Origin: Pseudomonadota bacterium | GTDB taxonomy: Bacteria; Pseudomonadota; Gammaproteobacteria; UBA9214 | Direction: 5' to 3' | DNA length: 64,000 nucleotides | NCBI GenBank assembly: GCA_039714155.1 | Contig: JBDLJX010000002.1 | Location: 1,286 to 65,285 of the forward strand | Shown here: positions 1-9,186 of the stretch, in pieces | Numbering within the stretch: position 1 is the stretch's first letter | How the letters are laid out: the number at the start of each line of letters is the position of its first letter | Translations under genes and position numbers: made by a program | Notes under the pieces: generated by a model | Seen by the model: only the letters and a program-made list of their open reading frames with translations | The model's database searches: none | Told to the model about the DNA's origin: nothing

Positions 1-1
1 T

Positions 2-406
2 TTTAACAGCTTTGTTGTCGAGAGTTTGCTGGCAGGCGCCATCGATACGCTCAAGCGTCACGGTGCCGATGAACGGGACCTGGAAATTATCCGGGTGCCG
101 GGCGCCTACGAGATGCCGATTGCGGCACAGCGACTGGCAGCCAGCAAGCGTTATGATGCCATCATTGCGCTGGGGGCCGTAATCCGTGGCGGCACCCCGC
201 ATTTTGAATATATTGCCGGCGAATGTACCAAAGGCCTGTCATCAGTGTCGCTGAAATACGATATTCCGATTGCCTTCGGTGTGCTCACCGTGGATACCAC
301 TGAGCAGGCCATAGAACGGGCCGGCACCAAGGCGGGCAACAAGGGGGGTGAAGCCGCCATGTCGGCCATTGAAATGATCAACCTGCTGCAGGGTCTGGAT
401 AGCTGA
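2..406 (+). CDS. ribH: 6,7-dimethyl-8-ribityllumazine synthase, 5'-truncated by the window edge
   Basis: The frame is open from nt 2. The translation [21 protein letters not shown]...[11 protein letters not shown]...[11 protein letters not shown] matches the RibH C-terminal two thirds. It is followed by nusB, as in most gammaproteobacteria. Confidence 0.9.
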   Translation, partial: FNSFVVESLLAGAIDTLKRHGADERDLEIIRVPGAYEMPIAAQRLAASKRYDAIIALGAVIRGGTPHFEYIAGECTKGLSSVSLKYDIPIAFGVLTVDTTEQAIERAGTKAGNKGGEAAMSAIEMINLLQGLDS

Positions 407-418
407 GGCTGCGCGATA

Positions 419-874
419 ATGTTTGTTTCTGCACATGCGCGGGCAAGGGCGCGGCGTTACGCCATGCAGGCCCTCTACCAGTGGGACCTCTCCGGCGTCG
501 AGCTGGCCGAGATCCAGCGCCAGTTTGCCGAGGCGGAAGACTTTAGCCGCGCCGACAAGGACTATTTTGTTGAACTGCTGAAGACGATACCCGCGCAACG
601 CGAGTCTATCGACCGGCATCTCGGTGAATTCCTTGACCGGCCCATGCAGCAGGTCGATCCGGTCGAGCGCGCCATCCTGCGAATCGCGACCTACGAGTTG
701 CTGAATCGTGACGATGTTCCGTACCGTGTAGTTATCAACGAGGCCATCACCCTGACGAAGAAATTTGGCGCCGAACAGAGCCATGCCTTTGTGAATGGTG
801 TACTCGACAAGCTGGCGCACAAGCTGCGGGCTGACGAATGTACCGGCAAGCCCCGGCAGGCCAACGGTCTCTGA
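419..874 (+). CDS. nusB: transcription antitermination factor NusB
   Basis: 151 aa with ARRxAxQALYQW and ILRIATYELL motifs typical of NusB. Conserved ribH-nusB-thiL order. Confidence 0.9.
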   Translation: MFVSAHARARARRYAMQALYQWDLSGVELAEIQRQFAEAEDFSRADKDYFVELLKTIPAQRESIDRHLGEFLDRPMQQVDPVERAILRIATYELLNRDDVPYRVVINEAITLTKKFGAEQSHAFVNGVLDKLAHKLRADECTGKPRQANGL

Positions 875-904
875 TCATCCTGCACCTGGTTCCGGTCATA
901 TCAC

Positions 905-1882
905 ATGGCCCTGTCTGAATTCGAACTTATCCAGCGCTACTTTGATTATCAGCCCGCTGCGGGCAGTCGTGATGATGTTGTGCTGGGCATTGGTGATGAT
1001 GCAGCGATTCTTGCGGTGCCTGATGATCGCGACCTGGTGGTCTGCATGGATACCCTGGTCACCGGTGTGCATTTTCCTGAATCCGTTACAGCCGATGCCA
1101 TTGGCCACAAGGCCCTGGCCGTCAACCTCAGTGATCTTGCGGCAATGGGTGCGGAACCGGCATGGTTTACCCTGTCGTTGACATTGCCGGATGCAGACAG
1201 TCAGTGGCTGGAATTATTTGCGCAAGGCCTGTTTGCACTGGCTGACCGCTACCACGTGCAACTCGTCGGTGGCGATGTCACGCGCGGTCCGTTGAATATC
1301 ACCGTGCAGGCGCACGGACTGGTACCAAAAGGACGGGCGCTCAAACGCAGCGGCGCTGCTGTCGGTGATCGTATCTATGTCACGGGCACACTCGGTGATG
1401 CCGGGTTGGCGCTACAGCAGGGTTCGACAGCATCGGCAGGATTACGCCAGCGACTGGATTATCCGGAACCACGCATCGACGCCGGTCTTGCGTTGCGTGG
1501 CCTGGTATCGGCGTGCATAGATATTTCCGATGGCCTGCTGGCCGACCTCGGTCATTTGCTGGCGGCGGATGGCCTGGGAGCCATATTGCAGGTCGACGAT
1601 CTGCCGCGTTCGCAGGACTTCCTTGCGACCATGGAGACACTCGGCGATTCCGGGAATCTGTCTTACAATGTTCCGCTAAGTGCCGGTGATGATTATGAAT
1701 TGTGTTTCACCGTGCCGCCCGGACAGGGTGCGGAACTGGAGTCGGCCCTGGCTGCTTTGCCGGGGAGTTGTACTGCCATTGGCGTCATCGAGCAAGGCGG
1801 TGGACTACGCTGCCAACGACAGGATGGCTCGATCTGGCAACCCGCGGCAAACGGTTACCAGCACTTCAGGGCTAAAATATGA
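905..1882 (+). CDS. thiL: thiamine-monophosphate kinase
   Basis: 325 aa starting FELIQRYF, with GDDAA and the AIR-synthase-like fold signature. Its ATGA start/stop overlaps pgpA. Confidence 0.9.
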   Translation: MALSEFELIQRYFDYQPAAGSRDDVVLGIGDDAAILAVPDDRDLVVCMDTLVTGVHFPESVTADAIGHKALAVNLSDLAAMGAEPAWFTLSLTLPDADSQWLELFAQGLFALADRYHVQLVGGDVTRGPLNITVQAHGLVPKGRALKRSGAAVGDRIYVTGTLGDAGLALQQGSTASAGLRQRLDYPEPRIDAGLALRGLVSACIDISDGLLADLGHLLAADGLGAILQVDDLPRSQDFLATMETLGDSGNLSYNVPLSAGDDYELCFTVPPGQGAELESALAALPGSCTAIGVIEQGGGLRCQRQDGSIWQPAANGYQHFRAKI

Positions 1883-2370
1883 CTGAGCGCGTCGCGGCAC
1901 GTCATTTACTGAACCCGTCCTGCTTCGTTGCGCTTGGCTTCGGCAGTGGGCTGGTACCGGTTGCGCCGGGTACCGCCGGCACGCTGGCTGCGATTCCGGT
2001 TTACCTGCTGCTGCAGGATCTCAACTTGAACGCCTACCTGGTTATTGTGGTTGCCATGTTCCTGGGCGGCATCCTGGTGTGCCATTACACCGCGGATCGA
2101 CTGGGTGTGCATGACCATCCTGCCATTGTCTGGGACGAGATCGTCGGTTACCTGGTCACCATGGTGGCGGCGCCAGCGGGATGGCAATGGATTGTTGCCG
2201 GTTTTGTATTGTTCCGATTGTGGGTAACAGGCGATTTCACGGCGGCGGCAGTTCGTATTTATCGGTATCGTTATAGTAGTGGGCGCCTGTGTCCAGCCAC
2301 TCGGCGATCAGTCGCAGTTCTGCCGGCGTCAGCATGCCCTTGTGGAAGGACAGGTCCTTGTTGGTCGTGA
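1879..2370 (+). CDS. pgpA: phosphatidylglycerophosphatase A; true 3' end uncertain, C-terminal ~45 aa non-homologous
   Basis: The N-terminal 115 aa match PgpA (GFGSGLVPVAPGTAGTLAAIP, GVHDHPAIVWDEIVGY, WQWIVAGFVLFRL). After FRL the conserved FDIxKPWPI...GGxGIMxDD tail is absent, and the frame runs 130 nt into the convergent 963-aa gene. Confidence 0.7.
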   Translation: MTERVAARHLLNPSCFVALGFGSGLVPVAPGTAGTLAAIPVYLLLQDLNLNAYLVIVVAMFLGGILVCHYTADRLGVHDHPAIVWDEIVGYLVTMVAAPAGWQWIVAGFVLFRLWVTGDFTAAAVRIYRYRYSSGRLCPATRRSVAVLPASACPCGRTGPCWS

Positions 2371-5128
2371 CTACCGCCTCGACTTCATAGATATCGTCGT
2401 CGGTATCGTCATCAAACAACCGGAAAAAGCGGGCACTCGGAATCGCCCCGCGGGCACTCATCAGGCGCCGGGTAATGCAAATGCCGTCCAGCGGTTCAAC
2501 CGAGAGGTCGCCTTCGATGCCATTCGGACAATCCGTAGCGGGATCTGATACCTGAATCCATTCACCATTCTCGTTCATCACGTAGTAATCGGTTTCAAAC
2601 AGCTGCACATAGGAGGTGACCTCCCCCGGGTTCCACGGATCAGGATCGCCACTCAACTCGAATTTGCCGTCACCGCCCTTGGGGCAGCTGTTCTGGGGGG
2701 TATTGTCGGCTTTGTCATGGCAACTGGTGCAGGACATGCCCCCCGCCTGCGGGCGGCAGGCATCCCAGATCGGCTGGATATGCTCCAGGTAGTTGATGGT
2801 GACCCTGCAGTTGCTGGTCCAGCTGTCCAGGCATAGCGGATCGTTTACCGGTGCGGGGGTCGTCAGATCGCCGTGGCTGTACACGAAAGGCTGGGCCAGT
2901 GTGCCGATGAAGGGATTGGTCCAGTAGTCTTCATAGACCACGTCGCCCGTGCCATTGGGTATGGTACCGAGCATGAATGCAAGGGCTTCCGCCATGGTAT
3001 CCCCGGCTGCGATGGCAATGATCTCTGGATTCGCATTCGGGAATGGCCCGGCTCCCGGCGCGCCCGGGTTGGCCGCGGCGGTCTCGATGTCCGTTCGTGC
3101 ATGCGGGATATCGTTGCCCGGGTCGTGGCAGCCGTGGCATTCACGCAGTTCACCTTCCTCCAGCAGCAGGGTGTGGGGATGGTCTGTCAGATAATTGTAG
3201 TTGTAGCCAGGCTCGGCGATCAGGTCCACGCGCTTGCCGTACTTGTTGACCACCTCGAAGGTGAAGTGGATATCATGCGGCACCTGGGCCAGGGCAGACC
3301 CGTCCGGCTCGACTGTGCCGTAAGACAGGATGTCATGCAGCTCCCGGTTACCGGAACCCAGGATCGGACGCAATCCCATCTGCGGCCCGCTGCCATCGGT
3401 GGGGTTGAGCACCGGGCTGTCCAGTATGGCCTGTTCCAGTTCACTGGGCATAAAGCGTCTGGTGAAGACGCGAATAAAACGTTCCGAACGATCGTCCGGC
3501 ACGGTGAGATAGGGATCACGCAGGGTCGTGATACCGCCATCCGGCTCGGCCATGTCCTGGCTGTCCAAATCGTAGACACTGAGAATATGGAAGGCACCAA
3601 AGCCCTCGTCCAGCAGGAAGTTTGCCTTCGGACTCTGATAGACACGCGCATTCTCGTTGTATTTGCCGATCACGATATCGGTATACAGGGCATGGCTGTG
3701 CCCCTTGACCACCGGAAGCCGGGTGTTTTCGTGCGGGTCGATCGTCCAGATCCCGTATTGTGGCGCACGCAAAGCGTCCGTGGTGGAAAAGCCCTCACAC
3801 ACGGCGCTGATCTCTCCTGACTGGGTGAGACACTGTGCCCAGCTCGCCAGCAGGCGACCGCTGCCATCACGATAGGGGAATACGGCGCTGTACCATCCGC
3901 TGGGCGAAACCTGGTCGGGATAGAAATTGACCAGGCCCGGTGTCATCGATTGTTCCGCCTCCCCGCTGACGGAATCATCGATGGGCTTGCCGACGGCATA
4001 GAAATTCTGGCTGTTGATCTTGACCACATCGCCGCCGTAAACCGGGTTGTAGATATGCCGCATAATGGTGATCAGGTTACCGTCGCGCATGGGGATCGGA
4101 TCCATATAGTGGATGAAGGATGCGTCGGTAACCTCTTCATTGATACTGCCGAAGTAGCGATGCAGGTTTCCGCCACTGGGTGCAATCCGGTACAGGCTAA
4201 GGATGTCCTGGATGAAAATACGGGTATCAGTCGTCTCGCCGGCAACCGAGCCGCCGCACTTGTCATCGGTGGTCCATGTCTTGGGATCATCCAGTCCGGG
4301 AGGAAATCCATTTCCGTTTCCGTGCCCGAAACCACCGCCGTGCGGATGGGTACTGAAATCCGGGTCATCGATGTTTTCTTCCGTACAGTCGGTCAGGACT
4401 TCGTACTCGCGACCCCAGCGAATAAACACGATCTGCCCGTCATTCATCGTGTTCGGCTCAATGTCATGATAGGCACCAAAGGTGATCTGAAACAGTTCGC
4501 TGCCATCCGGCTCCATGATATGCAGCAGCGAGGCCGGCTCGGCGAAATCGCCAATGTACTCCCGGCTGTCCGCCAGCCGGTAATCCCCGGTGGCGACCTG
4601 GCGGTCCGAAGAGAAGACGATGCGACCGTCATTCGTGTAGGCCGGGTTGGTGTCCTGACCTGTGTTGGCAAGTTCGTCATCCGCAAAAAACCTGCGAATC
4701 TCTCCGGTAGAAAAGTTGTACTCGTAGATATTCCAGTTGCTGTGGTGCGTATTGCCCTCCGGCCCGTGGGCAGCAAAGGCGATACGTTCGCCATCGGGCG
4801 AAACCGTGAGGTCCTTGACGTCATAGCTGCCACCGCCGAAATAGCCGGAGAGGATGTCCTTCTCATCAGAGGAAAGGGCAACCCTGTCACGCACAAACAA
4901 CCTGGCGCCAGGATTGAACTGATATGGCGAGCGTGGATCCAGAACCGGGCGGTCGTCCACAGAAGTCGTTTCCCCCATTTCCGGAAAGTCACGCACAATG
5001 TAGGCAAAGGGACTGTCCTGCAGTACGCCTTCCTCTCCGGTCAATCCTTCCTGCTGGCATGCGGCTACTGCGATAACCATCACTGTGACAAAAAAATGCA
5101 CTGTACATATTTTGAGTAGAGCATTCAT
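2237..5128 (-). CDS. 963-aa lipoprotein with PD40/TolB-like beta-propeller repeats and two c-type haem-binding motifs (CXXCH); function unknown
   Basis: AGGAGG sits 5 nt before the ATG. The signal peptide has a lipobox (MVIAVAAC). PD40-like blades are present (DLTVSPDGERIAFAA, NPAYTNDGRIVFSSDR, IMEPDGSELFQITFG, NTMNDGQIVFIRW). Two CXXCH motifs are present (RECHGCHDP and MSCTSCHDK). The C-terminus (IQPIWDACR...CTSCH...ELRLIAEWLDTGAHY) resembles Planctomycete-type cytochrome c domains. Confidence 0.6.
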   Translation of the reverse strand: MNALLKICTVHFFVTVMVIAVAACQQEGLTGEEGVLQDSPFAYIVRDFPEMGETTSVDDRPVLDPRSPYQFNPGARLFVRDRVALSSDEKDILSGYFGGGSYDVKDLTVSPDGERIAFAAHGPEGNTHHSNWNIYEYNFSTGEIRRFFADDELANTGQDTNPAYTNDGRIVFSSDRQVATGDYRLADSREYIGDFAEPASLLHIMEPDGSELFQITFGAYHDIEPNTMNDGQIVFIRWGREYEVLTDCTEENIDDPDFSTHPHGGGFGHGNGNGFPPGLDDPKTWTTDDKCGGSVAGETTDTRIFIQDILSLYRIAPSGGNLHRYFGSINEEVTDASFIHYMDPIPMRDGNLITIMRHIYNPVYGGDVVKINSQNFYAVGKPIDDSVSGEAEQSMTPGLVNFYPDQVSPSGWYSAVFPYRDGSGRLLASWAQCLTQSGEISAVCEGFSTTDALRAPQYGIWTIDPHENTRLPVVKGHSHALYTDIVIGKYNENARVYQSPKANFLLDEGFGAFHILSVYDLDSQDMAEPDGGITTLRDPYLTVPDDRSERFIRVFTRRFMPSELEQAILDSPVLNPTDGSGPQMGLRPILGSGNRELHDILSYGTVEPDGSALAQVPHDIHFTFEVVNKYGKRVDLIAEPGYNYNYLTDHPHTLLLEEGELRECHGCHDPGNDIPHARTDIETAAANPGAPGAGPFPNANPEIIAIAAGDTMAEALAFMLGTIPNGTGDVVYEDYWTNPFIGTLAQPFVYSHGDLTTPAPVNDPLCLDSWTSNCRVTINYLEHIQPIWDACRPQAGGMSCTSCHDKADNTPQNSCPKGGDGKFELSGDPDPWNPGEVTSYVQLFETDYYVMNENGEWIQVSDPATDCPNGIEGDLSVEPLDGICITRRLMSARGAIPSARFFRLFDDDTDDDIYEVEAVVTTNKDLSFHKGMLTPAELRLIAEWLDTGAHYYNDTDKYELPPP

Positions 5129-5236
5129 TTCATGCCTCCTGCTTCCTGGACTGGCCTGCCTTTACCTTTCATCGTCATGCTGTCTCAACTGATCAACCCC
5201 GGGTTTGCCGGTATTCCGCTATGCGGCTTGGCGAGA

Positions 5237-6211
5237 TCAGCCGGGGAGAAAGTCAAATTTGTAGTTGACCGGTGTCGCCAGGACATCATCGGGTCCGAAG
5301 TCGATCACACGGATTCGTGTCAGCAGCTTTTGCTCCAGCTTGATGCTCTCGAGCTCACTACTGATGAGTTCGATACTGGAAATCGCGCCATTGGGCTCGA
5401 TCACGATATGAAAGACATATTTGCCCCTGACTTCCGGATCCTTGCGCAACGCGCGGTTGTAGATGGCGTAAATCGCTCCCTTGTGCTGCTCGAAAACACG
5501 ACGTATGGACTCCATGTCCCTTCCACCGGCTACCGACGAATGATGTTTACCGCCACCGCTACCGCGCGCACCGCCCGAGCCGTCGCCGGTACCACCACCG
5601 CCGGTTCCGTCGCCGGCACCGAGTGGACTCGCCACCGAAACACCGCTGCGACCGGCCAGTTGCGTACTGCTGCCATGGCTGCTAATGGCGGAGGAGTTGA
5701 TTCCTCCGCTGGTCTTGACCGCCGTTTCGCGCCCAAGCACCGAGCGCCTGATCTTTGCTGCTGCACCGGTAGTAACGTTGGTGTTCCTGGCCTGAAGCTT
5801 GGCGACATCCAGCGAACTTCGCAGCGATTGCAGCTGATTGGAAAATGCCGCCACACCCATAGATGCGACTTTCTTCCTGGCCGGTGCTTTCTTTATCTGC
5901 TTCGCCGGGGGAGCCTCTTTTTTTACAGCTTTACTGGGCTCCACAGGCTTCTCGATTTCTACCGGCTCCGGTTTCGGCGCCGGGGGCGGTGCAGGCAACT
6001 TCTGCTGCAAAATAATCTTTGCCAGTGCTGGCGGCACGATTTCGGCCTGCTCCCGCTCAATTTCCGGTAACGGGAGCCAGGGGAAGACGATGGCCAGCAA
6101 CATAAACAGAAGAAGCAGGCGCTTGAGTATTTTCCTGAAGCGCACGTCTTCCTTGCGTGTGGCCTCCCAGGGAAGAACAAAATCGTTCAATAGCATTGCT
6201 GTCGTAGTCAT
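5237..6211 (-). CDS. tonB: TonB-family energy transducer
   Basis: N-terminal TM helix, Pro/Lys-rich spacer (PAPPPAPKPEPVEIEKPVEP) and a C-terminal TonB_C-like domain (GKYVFHIVIEPNGAISSIELI). It lies directly downstream of exbB-exbD-exbD. Confidence 0.8.
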   Translation of the reverse strand: MTTTAMLLNDFVLPWEATRKEDVRFRKILKRLLLLFMLLAIVFPWLPLPEIEREQAEIVPPALAKIILQQKLPAPPPAPKPEPVEIEKPVEPSKAVKKEAPPAKQIKKAPARKKVASMGVAAFSNQLQSLRSSLDVAKLQARNTNVTTGAAAKIRRSVLGRETAVKTSGGINSSAISSHGSSTQLAGRSGVSVASPLGAGDGTGGGGTGDGSGGARGSGGGKHHSSVAGGRDMESIRRVFEQHKGAIYAIYNRALRKDPEVRGKYVFHIVIEPNGAISSIELISSELESIKLEQKLLTRIRVIDFGPDDVLATPVNYKFDFLPG

Positions 6212-6223
6212 CCGGTATAACTC

Positions 6224-6727
6224 CTATGCGCCGGCGTTGGCCACCTGGGTCACCGCCATGGACAAATCCCGGTAGTTCGATTTTGCGCAGGTCACCATGA
6301 CACGCTTGAGTATTTCATACGGGATCGTATGGTCACCCAGGATGGTGATTGCCCTGCCACTCGCCTTTTCTTCCGCGGTCAACTGTGCGCGTTTCGAGGC
6401 CAGGTAGTTGAGCTCTTTCGCAAGCCCCGGGATTACACCGTCACTTTTTATTACCTCATCCATGGTTGCGACCGGCCGGCCGTCAACGATGATGTCGGAT
6501 TCGGTCACCATGACGGTGATGGTCGACTCGGGTTTTTGCTCGGCGACGGAATCAGGGAGCTTGATGTGCTTGCTCACTTTCAGTATCTCGTTATCACCGG
6601 AGTTGATGAGCAGAAAGAACACGAGAATCGTGAATATATCCATGAGCGAAACCAGATTGAGTTTCGCAGGCCTGAGAAAGCGCCTGTGATTCTGCTGCAT
6701 GCGTTCTGCAATACTGGACCTGTTCAT
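6224..6727 (-). CDS. exbD: ExbD/TolR-family biopolymer transport protein (second copy)
   Basis: 167 aa with a single TM (LMDIFTILVFFLLI) and a periplasmic ExbD domain. It overlaps the upstream exbD by 4 nt. Confidence 0.85.
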   Translation of the reverse strand: MNRSSIAERMQQNHRRFLRPAKLNLVSLMDIFTILVFFLLINSGDNEILKVSKHIKLPDSVAEQKPESTITVMVTESDIIVDGRPVATMDEVIKSDGVIPGLAKELNYLASKRAQLTAEEKASGRAITILGDHTIPYEILKRVMVTCAKSNYRDLSMAVTQVANAGA

Positions 6728-7233
6728 GAGTCGCCTCTCTTGGGTGGAGCATCACCCAGCGAAATTTCCGGAAACAGTTCAACTTCGACGGCACTGGTGG
6801 CAACAACCGTCCTGAACCCCCGCACGGTATCCATGGTGGACACCAGCGATTGATAGCTGACATCTGCCTCGGAGAGCAAAAGAACGTCAGACTTGTCCTT
6901 GACTTCCTTCTTGATTTCCCGCAGCACCAGGGACAGCGTCTCGTAGTCCAGTTTCTCACTGTCTTCCATATCCCTGGGCTCGATGCTCTTTATCAACACC
7001 CCGCTCGGGAAATACACCTCCAGGCCTGACTTGCGCAGTACCACCTCCAGCTGCCGGTTTTTCTCGGCACTCTGTGTCACCGCACCTGTCAGGTTCGGAA
7101 GATTGAGCCGTAGTATCGTGATCTGACTGAATACCATGCTCATCAACAGCACCGGGACCAGTACGATCATGAGATTCATAAAAGGCGTGATATTAAGATC
7201 CGCCTCCTCAAGTTCTCGTCGCTTTATGAACAT
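6724..7233 (-). CDS. exbD: ExbD/TolR-family biopolymer transport protein (first copy)
   Basis: 169 aa. NITPFMNLMIVLVPVLLM is the typical ExbD N-terminal TM. It lies 14 nt downstream of exbB. Confidence 0.85.
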   Translation of the reverse strand: MFIKRRELEEADLNITPFMNLMIVLVPVLLMSMVFSQITILRLNLPNLTGAVTQSAEKNRQLEVVLRKSGLEVYFPSGVLIKSIEPRDMEDSEKLDYETLSLVLREIKKEVKDKSDVLLLSEADVSYQSLVSTMDTVRGFRTVVATSAVEVELFPEISLGDAPPKRGDS

Positions 7234-7247
7234 AGTGTTACCACCTG

Positions 7248-7919
7248 TCAGATCTGTCCGTCAGCCGTCCGTACGGCAAAGGATTTGGGATGCCCCTTTA
7301 GAATCGCGTTCATGAACTTCACACCGGCCATTTCAATGCTGTCCACGATTTCGACCGTCTTGTTCTGCAGGACCGAGTGAAACAGAAGCAGCGGTATTGC
7401 AGCCATCAGGCCGAATGCCGTAGTGTTCATCGCTACAGAAATGGACTCGGACAAAAGCGTGGCCTTGTCGGCGGGATCGGCATGCGCCACAGCAGTGAAG
7501 GCAGCGATCAGGCCGATAATGGTGCCGAGCAGGCCGAGCAGTGTGGCGATGTTGGCCAGGATTGACAGGTAATTTGTACGTTTTGACAATCGCGGGACTG
7601 TTTCCAGAATACCCTCCTGCATGGCGGACTGGATATCATCCCTGCGCGGAGACGTCTGCATGGTCTCGACTGCAGCCAGAACAATGCGCGCGATCGCTGA
7701 CTTGCTGTTGTGAGAGTATTGCTGCGCCGTGTCGTATTTCCTGCCACTCAGCATCGGCAACAGTTCGGAGTAGGCCTTCTGGTTGGCGTACAGGGATTTT
7801 CTCAGAAAGTACCAGCGTTCGATTGCAATCGCGACCCCGATGGCCAGCACCAGCGCAATCGGGTACATAAAGGTACCGCCTGACTGAAAAAATGACGTTA
7901 TCGATGTGTAGGTATCCAT
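7248..7919 (-). CDS. exbB: MotA/TolQ/ExbB proton-channel protein
   Basis: 223 aa with three TM helices and a conserved TolQ/ExbB C-terminal region (LLGLLGTIIGLIAAF...NTTAFGLMAAIPLLLFH). Confidence 0.85.
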   Translation of the reverse strand: MDTYTSITSFFQSGGTFMYPIALVLAIGVAIAIERWYFLRKSLYANQKAYSELLPMLSGRKYDTAQQYSHNSKSAIARIVLAAVETMQTSPRRDDIQSAMQEGILETVPRLSKRTNYLSILANIATLLGLLGTIIGLIAAFTAVAHADPADKATLLSESISVAMNTTAFGLMAAIPLLLFHSVLQNKTVEIVDSIEMAGVKFMNAILKGHPKSFAVRTADGQI

Positions 7920-7995
7920 GATGTTCTCCCGGTCATTAACTAACTTGAAACAGATTCAATGTGGTACAGATACAAGCGCTTAGTTTCCTGTCATG

Positions 7996-8277
7996 TCATT
8001 CCCCCCCGGCAGGTCCTTCCAGAGAGAGTTCGTCGTAAAACTGAATACTTCTGGCCAGCACATCCCGGTCTACCGGGTCCAGCACATTCCCTGATATCGA
8101 TTTGATTGGCCGATACAGCTTGGATGGCCCTTCCGGCGGTTTCCATGGCGTGATGTAACTGACCGACGGCTGCTCCTTGTCACCGACGAAGGTGCTTTCC
8201 AGGTCGATTCGCTCCTGGGACCCTGCGCACAGGGGCGCAAGGAGGCAGAGTGTGGCTGTAATCGTTCGTACTGACAT
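7996..8277 (-). CDS. small secreted hypothetical protein (93 aa)
   Basis: Signal peptide (TATLCLLAPLCAGS). It sits between the TPR lipoprotein and exbB on the same strand. No recognisable domain. Confidence 0.4.
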   Translation of the reverse strand: MSVRTITATLCLLAPLCAGSQERIDLESTFVGDKEQPSVSYITPWKPPEGPSKLYRPIKSISGNVLDPVDRDVLARSIQFYDELSLEGPAGGE

Positions 8278-8349
8278 GACATGAATTCCCCAGTGATGAT
8301 TAAGCGGTATCGTAGATGCAGTTGATCATGAAATCGGCCCGCGCCGGTC

Positions 8350-9186
8350 CTAGTCCGCACCCTTGGTTGCGGCCACCGTGACGGCATCGTCGGATTCTGC
8401 CGCTGTTGTCTTGGCAGCCTTCGCCGGCGGAACATCAATAAAACTGCCATCAATGCCGGTTCTGTGTTTCACCTCGACCAGCCACTTGTGGACTTTCTCG
8501 TCTTTCTCTCCGGTAAGAAAGTAATAGGCCTCGTAATGCTTTTGCGCCGCCTCGGCCTTGTTCAGATACAGGTCATATAGAACTGCAAGATTCAGATGCG
8601 CCTCAGGGAAATCCCTCCAGACTCGCAATGCATCGAGATAGGTATGCTGGGCGTCGGAAAAATATCCCTGTCTGCGCTGCACCAGACCAAGCGCGATATA
8701 GGCATTGACGTTGTTCCTGTTTACACTGATCGCCTTTTTATAGCGCTCAATGGCAACCGTATATTTTTCCTGTTTTTCGGCTATTGCGCCCAGTTTTACC
8801 CAGGGACCGGCAAGCGAGGGATATTTTTCAGTCAGCATCCTGAATTTTGCGCTCGCTCCTTTAAGGTCTCCTGCCTGGAGCCGGTCGCTGGCTACAACGA
8901 ATATTGACTTTGCCTCACCCGGTACGGACGCATCTCCGGTGGTATACGGGTTCGGTATTGGCACGTAGGGAACTTTCTCGCCAGCAGGGTTGTAGACCTG
9001 TCGGGGCAGGGGGGCCTCAGCAGGCGAGACGATTGGAGCCTGGCGACTGGTAACGGCATCCGCTCCATCGGCCGGGCCTTTTGCCTGCGGTTTAACCGGC
9101 ACGACAGAACTGCATCCCGAAACCAGAACGGAGACCAGCATGCTTGCTGCCAGCGTGGGACGGAACTTACTTGATACCGTAGCCAT
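8350..9186 (-). CDS. TPR-repeat lipoprotein (278 aa)
   Basis: Lipobox LVSGC. C-terminal TPR repeats (YKKAISVNRNNVNAYIALGLV..., HTYLDALRVWRDFPEAHLNLAVLY). Confidence 0.7.
   Translation of the reverse strand: MATVSSKFRPTLAASMLVSVLVSGCSSVVPVKPQAKGPADGADAVTSRQAPIVSPAEAPLPRQVYNPAGEKVPYVPIPNPYTTGDASVPGEAKSIFVVASDRLQAGDLKGASAKFRMLTEKYPSLAGPWVKLGAIAEKQEKYTVAIERYKKAISVNRNNVNAYIALGLVQRRQGYFSDAQHTYLDALRVWRDFPEAHLNLAVLYDLYLNKAEAAQKHYEAYYFLTGEKDEKVHKWLVEVKHRTGIDGSFIDVPPAKAAKTTAAESDDAVTVAATKGAD

Noticed and set aside
2873-5119. Long plus-strand ORFs (315 aa at 2873-3820, 389 aa at 3950-5119) and several others opposite the 963-aa gene
   Set aside because: These are shadow ORFs typical of high-GC DNA. They lack domains, have odd composition (Arg/Pro/Gly-rich), and lie antisense to a gene with a strong RBS and clear domain content.
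5132-6070. 312-aa plus-strand ORF antisense to tonB, and similar antisense ORFs at 10559-11305, 20932-21549, 23286-24047, 41372-42106, 59316-60224, 60621-61178, 61874-62482
   Set aside because: Each overlaps a confidently assigned gene on the other strand and has no recognisable motifs. They are GC-driven open frames.
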